DNA of 64,000 nt from Bdellovibrionales bacterium (GTDB taxonomy: Bacteria > Bdellovibrionota > Bdellovibrionia > Bdellovibrionales > JAUICD01): the NCBI GenBank assembly GCA_965203275.1, contig OZ241865.1, positions 832,001 through 896,000 on the forward strand. Direction: 5' to 3'. Each line of letters opens with the position of its first letter. Within the stretch, counting starts at the first letter, position 1. The notes under the pieces are model-generated. The model saw nothing but the letters and a program-made list of their open reading frames with translations, was not told the DNA's origin and did not search any database. This document shows, one piece after another, positions 30,593 through 41,615 of this stretch. The position numbers were made by a program, and so were the translations under genes.

Positions 30593-31102
30593 ATGAAAAC
30601 TATTGTATTATTCCGTCACGGTCCACCAGAAGATGCTACAAGTTGGATGCAACAAGGCAAAGAGGAATCCCAACGTCCCTTGACAGAAGATGGTAAAAAT
30701 ATAACTTGGAAAGCTTCTGAAGGATTAAAGAAAATCTTAAATTTACAGAATTATCTTATTTGTTCTAGTCCTTATACAAGAGCTTTACAAACAGCAAACA
30801 TTCTTAAAAATACACTGCAAAACTCTCAGGATATTCATATTTTAGAATGTCTAACCCCCCATGGCCGTCCTCAAGATCTTGCTCGTTTGATTTCTTCTTA
30901 CTCACAAGACATATTGATTTTAGTAGGGCATCAACCTCATTTATCCCGCCTAGGAGGGCATCTGCTATTTCAAGAAGAAATAGCTCCTTGTTTGCCTATT
31001 AAAAGGGCCGGTGCTTTGTGTTTAACTATAAATGAAAATGAAGAAACAGGACAAATGCTTTGGTTTATGACACCTCAACAATTAGGGCTATTAAGTCAAT
31101 AA
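30593..31102 (+). CDS. sixA: Phosphohistidine phosphatase, SixA-like
   Basis: LFRHG, RPLT, SSPYTRALQTA, LVGHQP. Confidence 0.88.
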   Translation: MKTIVLFRHGPPEDATSWMQQGKEESQRPLTEDGKNITWKASEGLKKILNLQNYLICSSPYTRALQTANILKNTLQNSQDIHILECLTPHGRPQDLARLISSYSQDILILVGHQPHLSRLGGHLLFQEEIAPCLPIKRAGALCLTINENEETGQMLWFMTPQQLGLLSQ

Positions 31103-31152
31103 ACTTATTTCAGGTAAGATAAAGTAAAATAAAATAATAATGAGGTGGAAAT

Positions 31153-31773
31153 ATGCGGGTGATTGGAGGAATATTTAAAAGTAGACGACTGGCTTCCATC
31201 AAAAGTACGTCACGTCAAAACTCCCATACTACTAAAAGCCCTCATGCCAAAGACCACTTTCTCAAAGGTTCTTATCTACGTCCCACATCAGATCGAGTTA
31301 AAGAAAGCATTTTTAATATTTTAGCTGATCACCTAAATGGTGCTATTGTTTTGGATCTTTTTGCAGGAACAGGTAGTCTTTCTATAGAAGCACTCTCACG
31401 GGGAGCCAAGTATATTATAGCTATCGAAAATAATACCCAATCTCTTAAAATTATCAACAAAAACTTAAATAACTTGCAGATCACACAACGAGAAATTTGT
31501 GTCCTTAAAAAAGATGTCTTTACTTTTTTAAAGAGATATAACAAAAGTCTTCAGTTTGATCTTGTCTTTATTGACCCTCCTTTTACTCAAAAACTTGCTG
31601 ATCTTATAATGAAACAACTTGCTAATAGCACTGTTTTGAAAAGAGAAACTATGGTGGTCATAGAAAGCAGTCGATATGAAACAATAGCCGATAGCTATGG
31701 TCAATTATGTCTTTTAGATAGACGTGATTTTGGAGATAAGTGGGTTTCTTTTTTTCAAATTAAAAATTTATAA
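31153..31773 (+). CDS. rsmD: 16S rRNA m2G966 methyltransferase
   Basis: MRVIGG, RPTSDRVKESIFN, LDLFAGTGSL, FIDPPF. Confidence 0.94.
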   Translation: MRVIGGIFKSRRLASIKSTSRQNSHTTKSPHAKDHFLKGSYLRPTSDRVKESIFNILADHLNGAIVLDLFAGTGSLSIEALSRGAKYIIAIENNTQSLKIINKNLNNLQITQREICVLKKDVFTFLKRYNKSLQFDLVFIDPPFTQKLADLIMKQLANSTVLKRETMVVIESSRYETIADSYGQLCLLDRRDFGDKWVSFFQIKNL

Positions 31774-31939
31774 AAAATCTCAGTCACTCTATGAATTGTA
31801 AACAATGAAATTTCTACAAATCAAAAATCATCTTTCACATTCAGGAAGGCTACATAGCAGAACTGCATAGCAGGTACTGCACAGCAGATATTACACAGCA
31901 GATTAATTTCTTTTAGAGCTTGCTTGCTACAAAAGCAAG

Positions 31940-32413
31940 TTAAGCTTTGAACTTCTCTAAATGACGATGAGCTTCATGTAATGCTGACTGCGTGTTGATC
32001 AGTTGAATTTTTTGCTGTTGAATGATTCCCTGTAAAAGGTTTATTTTTTGTTGAAAGGATTGCATAATTTGATGATGCCTTTCAATCAAAACTTCCGTTT
32101 GTTGATTGTTTTGCTTGACATTTTGAATTTTTTTCAGAAGCTGTTGGTTTCTTTCATTTTGATCTCTAACAACCTGCTGTAAACATTTGAATATCCATCG
32201 AAAGTTAATTTCTAAATGAGTTAATCTTTCTTTTAAATGAGGCAAGAGTGTGTTGAGTTGATCTTTTTGATCAGGAGTAGCCTCTGCTGGATTTTCTGTG
32301 GAATTTAATGAGGGAGTCAAATCTACAAAGGAAAAATCAGGTTCCTCATTTTGAGCAAAAATGCGAGAATCTATCTTCTTTTTTTGAGATATATATGTGT
32401 TTTTTTCTTTCAT
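31940..32413 (-). CDS. Hypothetical Gln-rich coiled-coil protein
   Basis: Heptad, Q/L-rich ORF. Confidence 0.6.
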   Translation of the reverse strand: MKEKNTYISQKKKIDSRIFAQNEEPDFSFVDLTPSLNSTENPAEATPDQKDQLNTLLPHLKERLTHLEINFRWIFKCLQQVVRDQNERNQQLLKKIQNVKQNNQQTEVLIERHHQIMQSFQQKINLLQGIIQQQKIQLINTQSALHEAHRHLEKFKA

Positions 32414-32651
32414 AAAGCTATTATGGCATACTTAAATCTTATAAAAAGGCTTTATTTTTAGATTTTTACACACCGCATCTTGAAATTATGCTATTTTTTG
32501 AAAAAATATGAATTTTTCTTGATTTTTTAAGGACTCTAGTATATGCCTTATTTTATTATTAAGACTTTACTATGAAGTCTTGTTATTTTTTAACTAAGAA
32601 ACTAAGTTTTAAAAATATACACATACACTTAGGAAAAAATAGGAGCAAATC

Positions 32652-33365
32652 ATGTCAAATCAATTAAAATATTTTTTAAAGACTGTAATTTTTCTATCTG
32701 TTGTGAGCTTCTCTTATGGAGTGCATGCAAATATGGAAATCTCAGCTTATGGTGGTCGAAACTTTCACAAAGAACTTAAATTAAGTGAAATTAATCTTAA
32801 TACAAGTAATACAGGTAATGCAGGTAATAAAGAGGACCATCAGGGCCACTCATGGCTTTTTGGCTTCGATGTTGTGTATAGAGGTTTATTAGATACCAAA
32901 TGTGGCTTAGGGCTTAGATATCAGCATAATACTATACGTGGTGCTGATTATGGAAGAGACAATCAAATGCTTAATTTTAATGCCAATAGATTAGCTATTT
33001 TAGGTAGCTATCGGTTTCTTACCCCAGATGATGTGACAAATAAAGGACTCTTCTTGGGTGTTTTAGGAGCATGGGATCTTTTAAGGACTATGTCAATACA
33101 TGTGGATGCAACAGGTGGAGGCGTAGCCTTTGAGTTGAAAAGTACAAAGTATTTTGGACTGACAGGTCAGCTTGCTGTCGAAGTAGGTTATAGATGGACA
33201 CCTAGCTTTTTTATGAAGGCAGAAGCAGGTTATAGCCTGTATTCATTTAATGCTTTTGAAGCATGTGATGGTGATCGCAAGTGTGCAGCTATTTCTAATG
33301 AAGAAGACCAATTAAGTTTAAACGCTCCTTATGTCACATTAGGTATAGGTTGGTTTTTCATTTAG
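32652..33365 (+). CDS. Probable outer-membrane beta-barrel protein
   Basis: Signal peptide, alternating strands, C-terminal YVTLGIGWFFI, AGGAG SD. Confidence 0.7.
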   Translation: MSNQLKYFLKTVIFLSVVSFSYGVHANMEISAYGGRNFHKELKLSEINLNTSNTGNAGNKEDHQGHSWLFGFDVVYRGLLDTKCGLGLRYQHNTIRGADYGRDNQMLNFNANRLAILGSYRFLTPDDVTNKGLFLGVLGAWDLLRTMSIHVDATGGGVAFELKSTKYFGLTGQLAVEVGYRWTPSFFMKAEAGYSLYSFNAFEACDGDRKCAAISNEEDQLSLNAPYVTLGIGWFFI

Positions 33366-33473
33366 GCTAGCTTGAGATAAATTTTATTGAAATTGTGAGT
33401 TTGTGGTCATCTATAAACCAAAAACTTAAAATCAATAAATTCAAGTGAATGACAAAAGTTCTTTTTCAATTTT

Positions 33474-33932
33474 TTAATGATAAAGAGGTTGTGAAATTTT
33501 TTGAATGCGAGATTGATGTCGCAACTCTTTATTAAATGGCGTATCAAAAAACACTTTAACTATTTGATCAGCTAAAGCAAAGGGAAGCAATCGGCCCCCT
33601 AAACATAGCACATTAGCGTCATTGTGTTGCCTTGCTAGCTGGGCAGAGGGTATATCCCAACAGAGAGCTGCCCTTACTTGAGGATATTTATTTGCTCTCA
33701 TACACATGCCTTGACCAGAACCACAAATCAATATCCCCATACCTTTATTTTGATTGACTTTCTGAGCAACTAGAGAAGCATAATCAGGATAATCTACCCT
33801 AGAAACATTTCCATTAGTAAAATGAACACCCATATCAGTAACTTGTAAATTTTTGTCTTGATTGAGATATCTCAAAACTTTTTGTTTGAGTTCAAAACCT
33901 GCATGATCTGAAGCTATAAAAAGAGTTTTCAT
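33474..33932 (-). CDS. rpiB: Ribose-5-phosphate isomerase B
   Basis: ASDHAG, DYPDYA, GILICGSGQG, ARQHNDANVL. Confidence 0.96.
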   Translation of the reverse strand: MKTLFIASDHAGFELKQKVLRYLNQDKNLQVTDMGVHFTNGNVSRVDYPDYASLVAQKVNQNKGMGILICGSGQGMCMRANKYPQVRAALCWDIPSAQLARQHNDANVLCLGGRLLPFALADQIVKVFFDTPFNKELRHQSRIQKISQPLYH

Positions 33933-34049
33933 TTTTATGTCCTGTTTTGTTCTTTCTATCATATTATTATATAAACTATTTATTTTATTATAGACAAGCT
34001 AATATGGAAAAGATATAATAGCTCAAAAAAATAATAAAGGAGGAACATA

Positions 34050-34562
34050 ATGCACTTTTTTATTTCATGGATCCAAATATTTCTTATAACAGTATTAGCA
34101 CTTATTTTATGGACAACAAATGAAAGCCAAGCTGCTAATTGTGGTAGAGAGGCAGGTTTTAGGCACCCTAACGGAGGGGGTTTTGTAGCAAATACGGCAG
34201 AGGTAAGTGCATCTGTTTTTGTATCAGCTGATTCTGTTATTTGTGGTCATGCAAAGGTAGAAGGAGATGTGAAAATCATAGCTCAATCTAGGATTTTTCA
34301 AAGGCCTCATATTTCTGGACTTTCAGGCCCAGTACTCATCATGGCAGGTTCTGAAGTTTCTGGTCATGCTCAGATTTCAGGTCCTTCTACTCTTTTTAAC
34401 TCTAGGGCTACTGACCATACTCGAGTTTTTGGAGATGTCCGTCTTGTGAACTCTCAAGTTGTTGACTATGGTCAAGCATTTGGAAAGGGTTATATTAAAG
34501 ACAAGTTCATCAGTGGTCACGTAAAATACAATGCTCAAACCTGTTCAGATGCCCTAAAATAA
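34050..34562 (+). CDS. Secreted left-handed beta-helix (hexapeptide-repeat) protein
   Basis: Signal peptide, HPNGGGFVANTA, repeated V.G.A.V/I hexapeptides. Confidence 0.7.
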   Translation: MHFFISWIQIFLITVLALILWTTNESQAANCGREAGFRHPNGGGFVANTAEVSASVFVSADSVICGHAKVEGDVKIIAQSRIFQRPHISGLSGPVLIMAGSEVSGHAQISGPSTLFNSRATDHTRVFGDVRLVNSQVVDYGQAFGKGYIKDKFISGHVKYNAQTCSDALK

Positions 34563-34723
34563 AAAAATACTTAGGAGTATTAAGAGTATTTTTAGAGCCA
34601 TTAAAATCAAGGGTTTTGCCTTTATCTTCTAAGGTCTAGTCCAAAATAGACTATTTATTATGTCTTGAAATAATACCAGCCTCTATTGAGGTTTTTTTCA
34701 AATAGTCATAAAATAAAAGAAGG

Positions 34724-36967
34724 ATGTCAAAGCTCTTTACTTTTCTATATATAATAATGGCTTACAGCTTAAATGCCTTTTTTGGAGGGTTATTTTTGCT
34801 ATTGATCAGCTGTGTGTCTATCTCTACCACACAGAACAAAGACCTGTCTAAACAAAATATATTCTCTTTATCTCATCAGCTTGAATTTTTAGATGATCAA
34901 AGCATTGAACAATATCTTCAAAATTTTTCCCAGCAACACAAAGATGATTCTTCTCAATGGTGGGTGAAATACCAAATGGCCCATCTGTGGAAAAAAGAGC
35001 ATAAAGCAAAATCATGTGCAACTTTAAAGGAACTAGCTCATATCAAAGCCTTTCCTTTAAATCAAGTCGCTTTTATTCAAACGAAAACTGTTTGTCCTAT
35101 AGAAGAAAAAGACCTCACAGAACTTAAAGAAATTTTACAAAATAAAAGCTATAAATGGTTACATCGACTCACTGCTCAAGTGGGGGCAGAGCAAGCAGAG
35201 AAACTTGCTCTGTGGGGTCACTTAGCTTATTTTCAATATAAGCTTTCTTATTATACCCCTATACCTTCTCATCAAATAGAATTGTTAGAGCAATCTATAG
35301 CTCATGCTCAAAAGGCTGATGATTTGCAATATGAAAAGCTATCAACTCAAAGACTCTATCAGATAGCACCTCGACTGATATCTCATAAAAAAGTTTCTCC
35401 TTTCAAACTAGCCTATGATTATAGGAAAGCAAGGCAATTTGATAAAGCTATTGCTATTTATAGATCCACTATGAAAGACCCTCAGTCCTCTCTTTATGAA
35501 GTTTATCAGTCAATTAAACATTTGAGAACCATCAGTAAACTGATGAATAATAAAAAAGATGTTTTAAAATATTCTGCTCAGTTAGAAAGAGTGACAAGGT
35601 ATACATTTTGGAGAGCCATCAATGCTCATCCATCAAAACAAAAATTCTGTCCCCAACAAAAAACAAAACTTTACCATGATGGTGCTTTAATTTATGCAAA
35701 GACGTTATGGACACAAAATCAAATATCTCAAGCTCAAGAAATTTTACAAAATGCACATAAAAATTTAATTAACTGTCAAACTTCAGGAGAAATTTACTGG
35801 GTTTTAGCTCAAATGAAAGAAGAATCTGGAAACTTTACAGAGGCTATTGTTTGGACCCAGAAAGGTATTGAAATGGCTAGCAATAAATCTTTTATTTTAG
35901 AAAAGCTCAAATGGAGGCTTGCATGGAATTTAAGAAAAACTTCTCAATTTGAGAAAGCCATCACTGCATTTAAAGACATTATAAATACAACTCAAGATAA
36001 TTTTTTACTATCAAAGTACACTTATTGGATGGCTCGTACTTATGAAGATATAAAAGCATCTGATCAAGCAGGAAAATTATTTCAAAAGTTAATTCAAACA
36101 TCACAAATGGGATATTATGGTCTTTTAGCTCATAGGAGTTTAAAAAAACCTTTGTCAGCTCTCAATAATCAAAGTAAAGAATTTTTATCATCCAAAGCAA
36201 ATCATGAAGCTTCTCAATCTCAAGTGGTGGATGAAGATCTTATTAAATGGTTAATTGCTGTTAATGAAAAAGAACTTGCTAAAAATTATCTTAAAATGCA
36301 AAAAAGAAAAATCACTCGTATAGATGAAATGGAAAATTTTATTGATTATTTTTCTATTGTAGGAGATCATATCGAAGTATTTTCTTATGTAGCACAATCA
36401 TCTTCTGATACAAGAAACTATATCCTTTCAAACTTTCCTCATTTGCTTTTTCCAACTCCTTACTTAAATCAAATCACAAAGGTATCTAATAAATACAATG
36501 TTCCCAAAGAATTTATTTATTCTATTATACGTCAGGAATCTGCATTTAATAGGTATGCCCGTAGTCCAGCAGATGCTTTTGGATTGATGCAAATTTTACC
36601 ACGTGTAGCTAAAAGGTCTGCACAGCAATCAAAAACGTCTTATCAATCTATAGATGATTTATTTAATCCAGAAATCAATCTATCTTTAGGTACTTTTTAT
36701 CTACGTCAGCTATTGGATAAATTTGATAATCAATTCATTATGGCTATAGCTTCTTATAATGCACCAGAAGAAGCTGTACGCCATTGGGTTAAGAAAAGAT
36801 ATAGGAATGAACCAGTTGAATTTATTGAAGATATTCCTTACAAAGAGACAAGACTTTATGTCAAACTTGTGATACGTAATCTTGTATTTTATCAAAGACT
36901 TTTTTCAGAAAACGAAATTCTATTTCCTGAATGGTGTTTGAATGGATTGCAAATATTTAAGTCCTAG
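34724..36967 (+). CDS. slt: Slt70-like lytic murein transglycosylase with TPR-like superhelix
   Basis: IIRQESAF, SPADAFGLMQ, ASYNA, EDIPYKETRLYVK. Confidence 0.92.
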   Translation: MSKLFTFLYIIMAYSLNAFFGGLFLLLISCVSISTTQNKDLSKQNIFSLSHQLEFLDDQSIEQYLQNFSQQHKDDSSQWWVKYQMAHLWKKEHKAKSCATLKELAHIKAFPLNQVAFIQTKTVCPIEEKDLTELKEILQNKSYKWLHRLTAQVGAEQAEKLALWGHLAYFQYKLSYYTPIPSHQIELLEQSIAHAQKADDLQYEKLSTQRLYQIAPRLISHKKVSPFKLAYDYRKARQFDKAIAIYRSTMKDPQSSLYEVYQSIKHLRTISKLMNNKKDVLKYSAQLERVTRYTFWRAINAHPSKQKFCPQQKTKLYHDGALIYAKTLWTQNQISQAQEILQNAHKNLINCQTSGEIYWVLAQMKEESGNFTEAIVWTQKGIEMASNKSFILEKLKWRLAWNLRKTSQFEKAITAFKDIINTTQDNFLLSKYTYWMARTYEDIKASDQAGKLFQKLIQTSQMGYYGLLAHRSLKKPLSALNNQSKEFLSSKANHEASQSQVVDEDLIKWLIAVNEKELAKNYLKMQKRKITRIDEMENFIDYFSIVGDHIEVFSYVAQSSSDTRNYILSNFPHLLFPTPYLNQITKVSNKYNVPKEFIYSIIRQESAFNRYARSPADAFGLMQILPRVAKRSAQQSKTSYQSIDDLFNPEINLSLGTFYLRQLLDKFDNQFIMAIASYNAPEEAVRHWVKKRYRNEPVEFIEDIPYKETRLYVKLVIRNLVFYQRLFSENEILFPEWCLNGLQIFKS

Positions 36968-36984
36968 CTAAAACCTTGTTGGCT

Positions 36985-37857
36985 CACTCAATACACTAAA
37001 AGTAAACCAGCCGTCATTTTCACTCAAAATGAACCACTGTTTCACTAAAAGTGGTCTGACCTCTGGTCACTTTTGGGTGATGACCACGACGGCTCACGCC
37101 GTCGATAAAATGGTCATCACCTCAAAAGCCTGACCACTTTTAGTAGGGAGGATCTCCTTGTCTCTTAACACCATGTTAAGGAAAAAGTTCTTTCTTACAC
37201 CTTTTGGCTGTCGCCGTCGATCAAAGGCTAACTGCCTAGAAAATCCATTTATTTTGAGTAGGAAGTTAGTTGTTTCACTCAAAATGAGCCACACCTCTGG
37301 CTCACTAAAAGTGGTCTGACCTCTGGTCACTTTTGGGTGATGACCACGACGGCTCACGCCGTCGATAAAATGCTCATCACCTCAAAAGCCTGACCACTTT
37401 TAGTAGGGAGGATCTCCTTGTCTCTTAACACCATGTTAAGGAAAAAGTTCTTTCTTACACCTTTTGGCTGTCGCCGTCGATCAAAGGCTAACTGCCTAGA
37501 AAATCCATTTATTTTGAGTAGGAAGTTAGTTGTTTCACTCAAAATGAGCCACACCTCTGGCTCACTAAAAGTGGTCTGACCTCTGGTCACTTTTGGGTGA
37601 TGACCACGACGGCTCACGCCGTCGATAAAATGGTCATCACCTCAAAAGCCTGACCACTTTTAGTAGGGAGGATCTCCTCGTCTCTTTACACGATGTTAAG
37701 GAAAAAGTTCTTTCTTACACCTTTTGGCTGTCGCCGTCGATCAAAGGCTAACTGCCTAGAAAATCCATTTATTTTGAGTAGGAAGTTAGTTGTTTCACTC
37801 AAAATGAGACACCTCTGGCTCACTAAAAGTGGTCTGACCTCTGGCTATTTTTGAGCA
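36985..37857 (-). repeat. Structured modular repeat cluster D (three ~260-bp tandem units)
   Basis: Units start at 37042, 37302 and 37562, with a partial unit at 37820. Confidence 0.95.
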
Positions 37858-38139
37858 TTTAATCAATAATTATAAAGGCTTGAAAGTGCTTAAAAGCTTA
37901 AAAAACATGTTTTATAGTTCTATTGCTTTGATATTTTCATAACTGCTTAACACCACAATACATTTGAAAAATATAGTAAAATCAATTATTTAATTATTGT
38001 TAAGCCCAAAAACTATGTTTTATTTAGATACATTAATGACTTCAAATCTAAAATTAGACTTTACTAATCAATAATTTTTAGATAAGATATAGATAGGCTA
38101 CAATATTATAAATAGTAATCAACTAACAGGAGGTTATTT

Positions 38140-38620
38140 GTGGATGAGATTAAATTAGTTGTCAAAAAACTTCTCAAATCTTATGCAAAAAATGACAGGG
38201 ATGGAGTAAAAATGCAATTTCAAAATTTAAAAAATATTTTGCAAAAACAAAAATTACACATTGTTGGTAGAGAAGATCAAGAAAACAGAGGTTACAATGA
38301 GCAAGAAAATAATAAAAGAATCTACAGAAAAGATGAAAACGATGGATGGACACGAACAGATGAAGGATGGACACGAAGAGATGAAGGATGGACACGAAGA
38401 GACATCTTGCCACCTGACAGGAGAAATTGGTTCATCCCAACAAGCAAAAAAGAATCTCGATGAAATTAGAGATGAAATTTTTGAATATATTTTTAATGAA
38501 AGCAAAGGACACAATCTTGAACAATTTAAGAATATATTACAGAAGCTATTAACAGTTTATGTAAAAAAACTGTGCAAAGAAAGTGCTTTAAAAAATATTA
38601 AAACTGTGTGTGTGTATTAA
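38140..38620 (+). other. Two overlapping small hypothetical ORFs (38140-38463 and about 38297-38620) containing 21-bp tandem repeats
   Basis: Both have SD-like sequences (GGAGG, GAGG). GATGAAGGATGGACACGAAGA-like unit occurs three times at about 38341-38402. Confidence 0.4.
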
Positions 38621-38623
38621 ACA

Positions 38624-40612
38624 TTAAATTGGAAGAGATAATCTGTTTGAATGAAGTGATAACTTTATAAATTCTCTCTGCAAAGTATCAGGTCTTATAG
38701 CCTCAATATAATGAGGATTTTTCTTTCCTAACTCTTTCGAAATTGTTTTCTTTTTTTTCTCCTCAAGATGATTCAATAGCATTTCAACAGTAATAGTTGC
38801 TCCGATACCAAAAACAATTGACCCACCTTTTGAAATATTAAAAAGATTCCTTGCTACATGATACCCAGCTATTCCTGCAAGTGGAGAGGCTGTTCCCCTC
38901 AACAAATCATAAGACTGTATCTTCCCATGATAAATACCATATCCAAGCCCACAAACTCCTAAAATAACCTGGAGTGGGTTAGCTGTTGCAAAACCAAGGC
39001 AAAGTGTGCTAGCTGTAACCCTCGATATAGCTTTAGGATCACCTGATCTTATTGCCGAAACAAGAAATAAAATATTAATACCTGAAGCAAGAAATTCCCC
39101 TGCATTGATACTATTCATATCCCTCATGCATTCTCGAATTTGTCCAGGAGTAATGATTCCACCTAAGGTTTCAGAAATCTCATAACTTAATCTCTCATAA
39201 CCTGGTTTGTTTAAAGTAAAAAGAGGAATACCTTCAGGAGTAACAAGCTCATTAAAGTGTGACTTGATGTATTCGAAAAAATCTACCGAACCTGTTCGGT
39301 CTTTAATAGCTTTATAGCTACCTGCTAATGTGTGAGAACCATCAAATGATCTGTGATATCCTCCTCCAATATGTGTTTTGCTGTAAGCCATGTCCATAAT
39401 TTTATCATATTGGCTTTGATTTTCTAAAAATTTAAATAAATTTTTATAAGTGTCTAAAAAAACAGCACTGGCAAATAAACTTGGATCTTTAAGACCTTGA
39501 AATGAATTCTTTTTTGCTTTATACAAGGTAAACCTCCCTATTCTACATACCAATCATAGCCAATCATAGTTTTGAGACATTTCTTTAGCTTTCTTATATA
39601 AAGAAATTGTTTTGTTTAAGCTTTCTTTATTAGAGTCAGATAATTTATTTTGCATTTCTTTACTTCTACTTTTGAGTTCTTTTAAGCTTTTATAAATTTG
39701 TCTACGGATCAAGTCAGGTATTGGAGATCTTTTGTAAAAGTGCTTCTGCACACGCCCTATAGCTAAATGTAAAGGAAGAAAAGTTGCTTGAGTTTGTTTC
39801 ATTATTTCCAAATTTTTAGTCATAGAAGTAGTCCCGCCAGCTATTGCACCAGTAGTAAAACCTAAAATTTGACCACCAAGCATTCCAAATCCGCCTGATG
39901 CCAATGAACCACCTCCTAAAAGTGCTAACCCATAACTAGTTGCCGCTACACCAGATAATCCAGCTAGACTACCAATGTAACCGGCAGCTATAGGAGTTAA
40001 AAACAAACTACTTACACCTCCTACTAAACCACCTATTACAAATCCTCCTACCTTCTTCCAAAATATACCATGCAATTTATAAGAGGCTTTTTCAATTTCT
40101 TTTGCTATATCCATCTTTTTCATTTTAGCCAGCAAGGGACGTAGTTCTTTTTTTAATGATGAAAATTTCTTTTCTGAAGATATGACTTTAATTGATTCTT
40201 CAATAAATTGTTCAAAAAGTTTTTGGTTTTCTTCGGCAAATTCTTTATTATCTGGGTTGCCTTTTTTTGTAAAAAGACAAAACATGTAATTTGTAAAAAA
40301 GACAACTTGTAAACGATATAGTAACCCATATCTTCTATCTTTGGCTTTAATCCGCCTATATTGTTTATACCACTGTAATTCCTCAATCCACCACTGTCTT
40401 ACAAAAATAGAAAATAAATCAGAATCATTCTCTGAATATTTAAGTTGCAATTTAAGAAATGATTGCAGAGCATTATTGAGTTGTTTTTTTCTCCTCACTT
40501 TATCTTTTTGACAAGATTTATTTTGAACAGTATTTTTAGCACAGTAAATGAGAAGCCATTTTATAATTTCTTTTTGATGATCTGTGATTTTTTCTAAATT
40601 TTCAAAATTCAT
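38624..40612 (-). pseudogene. Hypothetical membrane protein with glycine-zipper region, split by one in-frame TGA at 39554-39556
   Basis: ORFs 39554-40612 and 38624-39553 abut in the same frame. GLSGVAATSYGLALLGGGSLASGGFG segment. AGGAGG SD upstream of 40612. Confidence 0.55.
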
Positions 40613-40687
40613 ATAACACCTCCTATCTAATATTTTTAAATATTTAATTCTATATCGGTCACATAATTGAAAAACTTAAGGCTTTGG

Positions 40688-41520
40688 CTCCCTCAAAATG
40701 AGCCATACCTTTTTTTGCACTAAAAGTAAACTAGCCTCTGTTTCACTAAAAGTGGTCTAGCCTCTGGCTACTTTTGGACAATGACCGCAAAGGCTTTCGC
40801 CTTTGACAAAATGGTCATTGTCTCAAAAGCCTGACCACTTTTAGTAGGGAAGGATATCTTCGTTTCTTAACACCATGTTAAGGAAAACATCCCTTCTAAT
40901 GGTTAGCCCGAAGGCTACCGCCTTCTCAAAAGCTGGCAACCTCAAAAGTCCGTTTACTTTTAGTAGGAAGGATATCCTTGCTTTTTAACACGATGTTAGG
41001 GAAAAAGAGTTTCATTTGTAAGCCCGCTTGCTCCCAAAAAAGTTTTAGAAGCATATCTTGTTTCCCTAACATGGTGTAGAGGAATAAAAGGATCCTCCTC
41101 TACTCAAAATAAATGAATTTTCTAGGCAGTTAGCCTTTGATCGATGGCGATAGCCATCGGGCTAACTGCCAGAAAACATGCCAGAGGCATGATTTATTTT
41201 GAGTGAAATGTTAAGGAAAAAGAAATTCATTCGTAAATCCGCTTGCTCCCAAAAAAGTTTTAGAAGCATATCTTGTTTCCCTAACATGGTGTAGAGGAAT
41301 AAAAGGATCCTCCTCTACTCAAAATAAATGAATTTTCTAGGCAGTTAGCCTTTGATCGATGGCGATAGCCATCGGGCTAACTGCCAGAAAACATGCCAGA
41401 GGCATGATTTATTTTGAGTGAAATATTAAGGAAACAAGGCGTTCATCTGCTGGCAACCCAGTGTTGTTACATGGCAAGAGAAGCTTGCAGTCTGACCATT
41501 TAGTAGAGGAGAGTCTCTCG
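40688..41520. repeat. Structured modular repeat cluster E (divergent modules with a 215-bp duplication)
   Basis: Minus-orientation modules at about 40715-41000. Plus-orientation modules at 41102-41204 and about 41317-41419. Confidence 0.9.
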
Positions 41521-41615
41521 TTAAATTTAGGTTTAGATGTTTTGAAAAAGTAGGCTGAATTCCATACTTCAATTAACTTAAGTCTAACTCAAAATAAAGC
41601 AAGATAAAATACACG

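Noticed and set aside
37094..37617. Duplicate 87-aa ORFs and similar ORFs at 4439-4660, 57678-57905 and 62450-62656
   Set aside because: These are translations of repeat or IS DNA. Frames and stops are not conserved among copies.
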